DNA from: Puniceicoccaceae bacterium
Lineage (GTDB): Bacteria > Verrucomicrobiota > Verrucomicrobiia > Opitutales > Oceanipulchritudinaceae
Direction of reading: 5' to 3'
Length of the DNA stretch: 64,000 nt
Assembly (NCBI GenBank): GCA_040830765.1
Contig: JBFOMH010000020.1
Coordinates: forward strand, 37,332 to 101,331
The position numbers and the translations under genes were made by a program. This document shows positions 58,844 to 64,000 of the stretch, piece after piece. Every line of letters begins with the position of its first letter. Positions within the stretch are counted from its first letter, which is position 1. The notes under the pieces are model-generated. The model saw only the letters and a program-made list of their open reading frames with translations, ran no database searches and was not told the DNA's origin.

Positions 58844-59350
58844 TTGAACCTTTCGCATCGTGAGGCGGATCCAGTCACCGAGGAGATTAGTCTCATAGAA
58901 GAAGCTCATGGAGATATTCTTCATCGGCGCGACAACGTTGTAGTCAAAGGCCAGATCTGCAATGGACTCCTCGCCCTCCGCGAGGACATTGTCCTCTGCA
59001 TCAACCAGCTTGTAGGTGAAGGCAAGCCGGGGCGGGTAGACGCGCTCAATGTAGCGAATGTCCGCATTGTGCCGGTTGCGCCACGGCTGGATGTCGCCCG
59101 CCATGTCGATGTCGGTAAACAGGATGTGCAGCGTCTGGCCCTCGGGGATATATTTGCGGGCGAAACGCTCCAGTTCATCTTCCAGTTCGGATTCGAAGAT
59201 GGAAAGGGTCTTTTCCTCGCTCAATCCGCTGACCGAAAAATCAGTGAAATTATCGACATCCTCAAATTCGGCCAGAATTTGACCAGCTTGAACGGAAAGA
59301 AACGGAAAGAGAACGGCTGCTGTAAGGGATAGAAGTTTCATCGTTTTCAT
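58823..59350 (-). CDS. DUF3016-like exported protein
   Basis: Signal peptide; FTDF, TDIDMAGD, IRYIERVYPPR and YE..LL.DW motifs. Confidence 0.8.
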   Translation of the reverse strand: MKTMKLLSLTAAVLFPFLSVQAGQILAEFEDVDNFTDFSVSGLSEEKTLSIFESELEDELERFARKYIPEGQTLHILFTDIDMAGDIQPWRNRHNADIRYIERVYPPRLAFTYKLVDAEDNVLAEGEESIADLAFDYNVVAPMKNISMSFFYETNLLGDWIRLTMRKVQSAESEG

Positions 59351-59464
59351 GGCTATTTAGACACGGCTCGATGCAATTGTTTCATAAATTTGCCCGTTTT
59401 CGAGGAAAATCCGCTTTCCTGCAGCATGGGAACCCTGTCCCAGCGCGCCCTATTCCAAGCAAAG

Positions 59465-61240
59465 TCAATTCCTCACCATGAAGCGGAACCCAACGAACCG
59501 GTTCCGCTCCCCGGGCTGGCGGGGCTCCTCGGGGACGCGGGCCAGCCGGGCATCTGAATCCCTGACTGCGCCGCCAATGGCGACAACCCGTTCGGGCAGC
59601 TCACCCGAATCGGAGGCCAGCCATTCGGCTACGTTGCCCAGAAGATCATGGAATCCCAGGTCGTTGGCGGAACGTGTCTTAACCGGTTGGGTTTCCCGGT
59701 TCGTATTTTGACTGGACCAGGCAATTGTGGCGATTTCGCTTCGTTCAACCTGTCCCAGGGCACTGACGAAGATTTCCCGGGTTGGTAAGGAAACCGGTCG
59801 GGCCAGAATCCATTCCAGCTTTCTCGTAAAGTCCACCGCTTCAGTCCAATTGACAGAATCGACCGGATTTTGCGGGTTTTGGAGATTGGATGGATTCTCC
59901 TCCATCACGCTGGTATACAGGGCTTGATGAACCTCTGATCTGAAGAGCAGCACTCCTTCCTGACCGGGTACTGGCACCAAATCAGCATCCACCATGTCCA
60001 GAATTGCCGGGATTTCCTCGATTCGACCGTGCAGGTATGTCACCTCCGGAGCATTGATTTGGCTGACGAGGTCACTGCTGGGAAACCGAAGCAGGAAGCT
60101 GCTGGTCTCCCTGAACCAGTCAGCGACGGCAGACCTGAAAGTCTCCATGTCTTTTTGCCGGAGCGCCTCACGGGTAAGTTCACGGAGGGTGGTTATATTG
60201 GCAAAGCTGGAGAGACTCGCTCCTGAATCCCGGAGGCGGGCTATTTCCTGAAGAATTTCCGTTTGCTCAGTTCTCCCCGGGAAGCGGGCAATCAGTCGAC
60301 GCTGCATGATCGCTGCCGCCTCGGTGGCATTGAGAACAATTTCCTGGTCCGAGGTTTCCAGGGCCCGGCGCGCCTGGTCAATGAGCTCCTGAACCTTGTC
60401 GACGTCTTCTGCCATGGCAATTTCTTCCCATGCTTCCTCAAATTGCTTCAGGCGTGAAAGGGAAGCGGAACGGGAGTTCCGGTAATCTTGATTCAGAATT
60501 TGCTGCTGCTCAAGAGCCTCCTGCATGCTTGCCTTGGCCTCCTCGTAACGTCTTTCTGATGCCAACCGGTAAGCGTCCTCCTTTAGTTGGTCGGCTCGAT
60601 CGGCCAGTGGCTGTGTTTCCCAGGCGAGGACCTTGTTCCGCATTTGATGCAAGCGGGCCGGGTTCCGTGCCGAAGAGCGGGGATGCTGCTCGTTAATCTC
60701 GTTCTGGAGCTTGATGGCCTTGTTCAGCAACTCGATGGCGCTCTCGTAATTTTGCTGGCCCACCTCAGCCTCAGCCTCTTCCTCCAGCCGTTTCGACTGG
60801 GCAAAAAGAAAGCCTCCCATCTCCTCGTCATAGGTCTGCAACAGTTCCTCAAGAAGATCGAGGTCGTCCTTGGCAGCAATTTCGCTGCCGCGGTACCGGA
60901 TGACTGAGCGCTGTTGCTCAATCGCCTGTTCCAGCAACTGCAAGTCTGCGAGCCCTGATGAAGGGCTTGTCTTGCTCGCTTCATATTGCTCCAGAAGGGT
61001 TTCCACTTCAGCGCGTGAACGCATCATCTGCGGGCTGTTGACGGCTTGCTGGGCGTCGAGCGGCCGATCCTCAAATGCGCTGGCCTGCTCCTCAGGCAAG
61101 CGGGGCCGAAACCGGCTGATGAGGACCATGAGGACAAAGAACACCAAAACGGCCACAACCAGCGCGAGCCGGAAATAAAGCTCTTTTTTGGCGCGTCGGA
61201 TCTCGTTGGATCGGGTTCCGTACTTGTATAAATACTTCAT
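59465..61240 (-). CDS. membrane-anchored helical protein with C-terminal SUMF1/FGE-sulfatase-like domain
   Basis: One TM and a long helical region, then NPS, PVDSVNW, LPT, ANDLGFHDLLGNVAEW and VGFR. Confidence 0.85.
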   Translation of the reverse strand: MKYLYKYGTRSNEIRRAKKELYFRLALVVAVLVFFVLMVLISRFRPRLPEEQASAFEDRPLDAQQAVNSPQMMRSRAEVETLLEQYEASKTSPSSGLADLQLLEQAIEQQRSVIRYRGSEIAAKDDLDLLEELLQTYDEEMGGFLFAQSKRLEEEAEAEVGQQNYESAIELLNKAIKLQNEINEQHPRSSARNPARLHQMRNKVLAWETQPLADRADQLKEDAYRLASERRYEEAKASMQEALEQQQILNQDYRNSRSASLSRLKQFEEAWEEIAMAEDVDKVQELIDQARRALETSDQEIVLNATEAAAIMQRRLIARFPGRTEQTEILQEIARLRDSGASLSSFANITTLRELTREALRQKDMETFRSAVADWFRETSSFLLRFPSSDLVSQINAPEVTYLHGRIEEIPAILDMVDADLVPVPGQEGVLLFRSEVHQALYTSVMEENPSNLQNPQNPVDSVNWTEAVDFTRKLEWILARPVSLPTREIFVSALGQVERSEIATIAWSSQNTNRETQPVKTRSANDLGFHDLLGNVAEWLASDSGELPERVVAIGGAVRDSDARLARVPEEPRQPGERNRFVGFRFMVRN

Positions 61241-61400
61241 GCAATGCTTTGGAGGGAGCCGCTAATGGTTTAGCGAAAGGACTCAGAATCAGTCATCTGA
61301 GAAAAAATGCAATAGCAAGTCGAGCCGACGATTGCCCTGATTTGGCATTTGTCCAAGAATTGGGTTTTCAGGAGGGGGCAGAGTCATCATATAGAAAGTC

Positions 61401-62246
61401 GTGTTTGAACAATTGACCATATTGGCTCCGGGATTGCTGGGTGCATCCCTTGGCATGGCTACCCGCGAGCTTGGCCTGGCCCGGCGGATCCACGTCTGGG
61501 CCCGGCGTCCGGAGACCCGGCGCGCTTGTGCGGAGAAGATCTGGTGTGATGCCGTATTCCCAGAGGCGGTCGACGCTGTCAGGGACAGTGACCTGGTGGT
61601 ACTTTGTCCACCTGTGGATGCGATAGTTCCCCTGCTCAGGCAGGTATCGCCGGCAGTGGAGACGGGTGCGCTGGTTACAGATGTGGGCAGTACCAAGAGC
61701 CGCATTTGCCGACTGGGATCCCATATTGTTCCCAAGGAGGCGATTTTCGTCGGTTCTCACCCAATGGCAGGATCGGAAAAGAGCGGTATGGAACATGCCG
61801 CCAAAGACCTTTTTCGCGACCGGGCCTGCCTCGTAACGCCCCTTGAGGAGTCGCCGTCAGGACAAGTCGACAAGTTGGTCGAGTATTGGAAGTCGCTGGG
61901 GATGGAGGTGACGACGATGTCACCGGAGAAGCATGACGAAATTGTGGCACAAATCAGTCACTTGCCCCATCTGCTGGCTTCCCTGCTGGCCTTGCATCTG
62001 AGCCGCAAGCCTGAGGCGTGGCAGGCTTTTTGTGGTAATGGCCTGCGGGATACCACCCGGATTGCCGCTGGCAACAGTGGTATCTGGCGCTCGATTTTTG
62101 AAGAAAACAAGGAGGAGTTACTTCGGGCCATCGATGGGTTTGAGGTTGAATTGGGTCGGATGCGTTCCGCGCTTCACAATGGGGAATGGGCCCACGTTCG
62201 GCACCTCCTGGAACAGGGGAAATCCTACCGGGAAGGCTTGGATTGA
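61401..62246 (+). CDS. tyrA: prephenate/arogenate dehydrogenase
   Basis: PGLLGAS, TDVGSTK, GSHPMAGSEKSG, HDEIVAQISHLPH and RDTTRIA motifs. Confidence 0.93.
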   Translation: MFEQLTILAPGLLGASLGMATRELGLARRIHVWARRPETRRACAEKIWCDAVFPEAVDAVRDSDLVVLCPPVDAIVPLLRQVSPAVETGALVTDVGSTKSRICRLGSHIVPKEAIFVGSHPMAGSEKSGMEHAAKDLFRDRACLVTPLEESPSGQVDKLVEYWKSLGMEVTTMSPEKHDEIVAQISHLPHLLASLLALHLSRKPEAWQAFCGNGLRDTTRIAAGNSGIWRSIFEENKEELLRAIDGFEVELGRMRSALHNGEWAHVRHLLEQGKSYREGLD

Positions 62247-63592
62247 TGCTTTCAGATCCGTATCCGGTCCAGCCATGGACTGAACCTTGTCGGGGAAGTG
62301 TCCGCATTCCCGGTTCTAAGAGCCTGACCAACCGGGCCCTCATCATTGCCGCCCTGGGAGACAACAAGGTGCGCCTCAATGGAGCGCTATTCAGTCGGGA
62401 CACCCGCATCATGGCCACCATCCTGCAGCAACTGGGGTTTGACCTGAGGCTTAACCATGAAGAAGAGTGGATTGAGATTACCGGACTGGCTGGCGAGATA
62501 CCCAACGGATCAGGAACCTTCCATGTTGGGAATGCCGGTACGGCCGCCCGATTCCTGACCGCCTTCGTTTGCCTTCATCCCAGTGGGCACTATCACTTCG
62601 ACGGGGATGAGGAAATGCGGGCCCGCCCCATGCAGGGATTGATTGATGCCCTGAGGTGCCAGGGTGCCCGCTTTACTTTTCATGGGGAAGAGAATTGTTT
62701 CCCCTTCGAGGTGGTCACCTCCGGACTTGAGGGGGGCAGGTGGGAAGTGGATGCACGGGCCAGCAGCCAGATGCTCTCCGCCCTGATGATGGTCGCCCCC
62801 TTGGCCAAACAGCCGGTGACTATTCGCTGCCCCAATGTCCGCCCGGCGTTTGTCGACATGACGGCCGGGATAATGCGCCAGTGGGATGCCATAATTGCCG
62901 GTTCACCCAGTGAGGGATTTGAACTGCGCGGCTCCCAGTGTTATTCCGGGCCACGAAACGGGATTTTCGATATCGAGCCGGATGTAACCGCTGCCAGCTA
63001 TTTCATGATGTTGCCGCGGGTTGTCGGGGGCTCTTTGAAAATCCTCGGTTTCCGCAAGAACCTGCTCCAGGGCGACAGCGCCTTCGCTTCCATCCTGAGG
63101 GATATCGGCCTGGAGATCGAACAGCTCTCCGATGGCTGGCGGGTGACCGCGGGCCCTCTGCCTCACGATCGTCACCGGGTATATGACTTCAAATATTTCT
63201 CCGACACCTTCCTGACGCTGGCGGCTGTGGCACCCCTTCTCCCTTTTAAGGTCACCATCGCCGGTATCGGCCATACGAGGATGCAGGAAACAGACCGTAT
63301 CCACGCCATGGCCAACGAACTGAGCAGGGTGGGGGCTGCGGTCGAGGAACATGAGACCTCCCTCGTCATTGAGCCATTTTCCGAATCCAGCCGGCCCTGG
63401 CAGGTTCCCGTGACGGTCGAGACCTACAAGGACCACCGTGTTGCCATGTCCTTTGCCATCCTTGGGTGCAGCCCGCGCTACGGAGGGAACTCGCCCTGGT
63501 TGCGGGTTGCCGATCCCGCCTGCTGTGGAAAGACCTTCCCCGAATTCTTCGACAAGCTTGATGAATTGTATCGAATTTCCCATGACAAATAA
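62246..63592 (+). CDS. aroA: 3-phosphoshikimate 1-carboxyvinyltransferase
   Basis: PGSKSLTNR, GNAGTAARF, SSQ, QETDR and DHRVAM motifs. The ATG overlaps the tyrA stop (TGATG). Confidence 0.96.
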   Translation: MLSDPYPVQPWTEPCRGSVRIPGSKSLTNRALIIAALGDNKVRLNGALFSRDTRIMATILQQLGFDLRLNHEEEWIEITGLAGEIPNGSGTFHVGNAGTAARFLTAFVCLHPSGHYHFDGDEEMRARPMQGLIDALRCQGARFTFHGEENCFPFEVVTSGLEGGRWEVDARASSQMLSALMMVAPLAKQPVTIRCPNVRPAFVDMTAGIMRQWDAIIAGSPSEGFELRGSQCYSGPRNGIFDIEPDVTAASYFMMLPRVVGGSLKILGFRKNLLQGDSAFASILRDIGLEIEQLSDGWRVTAGPLPHDRHRVYDFKYFSDTFLTLAAVAPLLPFKVTIAGIGHTRMQETDRIHAMANELSRVGAAVEEHETSLVIEPFSESSRPWQVPVTVETYKDHRVAMSFAILGCSPRYGGNSPWLRVADPACCGKTFPEFFDKLDELYRISHDK

Positions 63593-64000
63593 TCCTGAAG
63601 CGGATACACCTTTCCGGGTCATTGCCATCGATGGAGGCGCTGCCTCCGGCAAGTCCTCCACATCCAGGCGTCTGGCCGAAATGTGCCACTGGCTCCATGT
63701 CGATACGGGCAGTCACTACCGGGCCGTTGCCCTCGCGGCATTGCAGGCGGGGCTGGAACCGCGCGACACGCCTGAACTCCGCCAGTTCATCGCATCCCTG
63801 GAACTGTCCTCACACGTCGAAAGGAACGAAAGCCACATTTGTTTTAATGCCGGCGAGCCACCGCGCCCGGCTGACCTGCGATCCGAGCCGGTCAATCAGG
63901 CCGTGTCCCCCCTCTCTGCCATCCCTTTTGTCCGTGAAGCCGTCAAGGCCTACCAGCAACAACAGGTGGAGCTGGCCCGTGACGAGGGATTCAAGGGAAT
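63582..64000 (+). CDS. cmk: cytidylate kinase, runs off the right edge
   Basis: Not in the ORF track. Hand translation gives MTNNPEADTPFRVIAIDGGAASGKSST...HVDTGSHYRA; it follows aroA. Confidence 0.92.
   Translation, partial: MTNNPEADTPFRVIAIDGGAASGKSSTSRRLAEMCHWLHVDTGSHYRAVALAALQAGLEPRDTPELRQFIASLELSSHVERNESHICFNAGEPPRPADLRSEPVNQAVSPLSAIPFVREAVKAYQQQQVELARDEGFKG

Noticed and set aside
1..64000. Prophage, defence island or mobile element
   Set aside because: No integrase, transposase, phage structural, restriction-modification or toxin-antitoxin genes were recognised. The DAC is DisA_N-type, not a CBASS CD-NTase.

Overview
A gene-dense, GC-rich bacterial chromosome segment with about 58 CDSs and no tRNA, rRNA, CRISPR array, integrase or transposase that I can see. 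Gene content suggests Verrucomicrobiota (Opitutia); this is inference only. Most genes are housekeeping: cysS, hemB, pyrD, nuoA, dnaG-rpoD, rpmG, recA, holA-purB-metX-metW, thrH, cinA, uvrC, hflX, dsbD and tyrA-aroA-cmk. Two edge-truncated genes missing from the ORF track were translated by hand (SulP permease at the left edge, cmk at the right). Points of most interest: (1) a sigma54 envelope module at 46.1-53.1 kb with visible enhancer palindromes and a -24/-12 promoter; (2) two tail-to-tail candidate sRNAs at 45.96-46.32 kb, one apparently sigma54-driven; (3) a ~90-aa aromatic-rich C-terminal domain shared by three unrelated secreted beta-propeller proteins, a candidate sorting or anchoring signal; (4) a PTS-EIIA/diadenylate cyclase fusion; (5) a prokaryotic pentameric ligand-gated channel facing a K+ channel; (6) repeated loss of metal-binding cysteine motifs (DnaG, L33, HemB, Mrp, UvrC); (7) a multi-palindrome REP-like element after rpoD.
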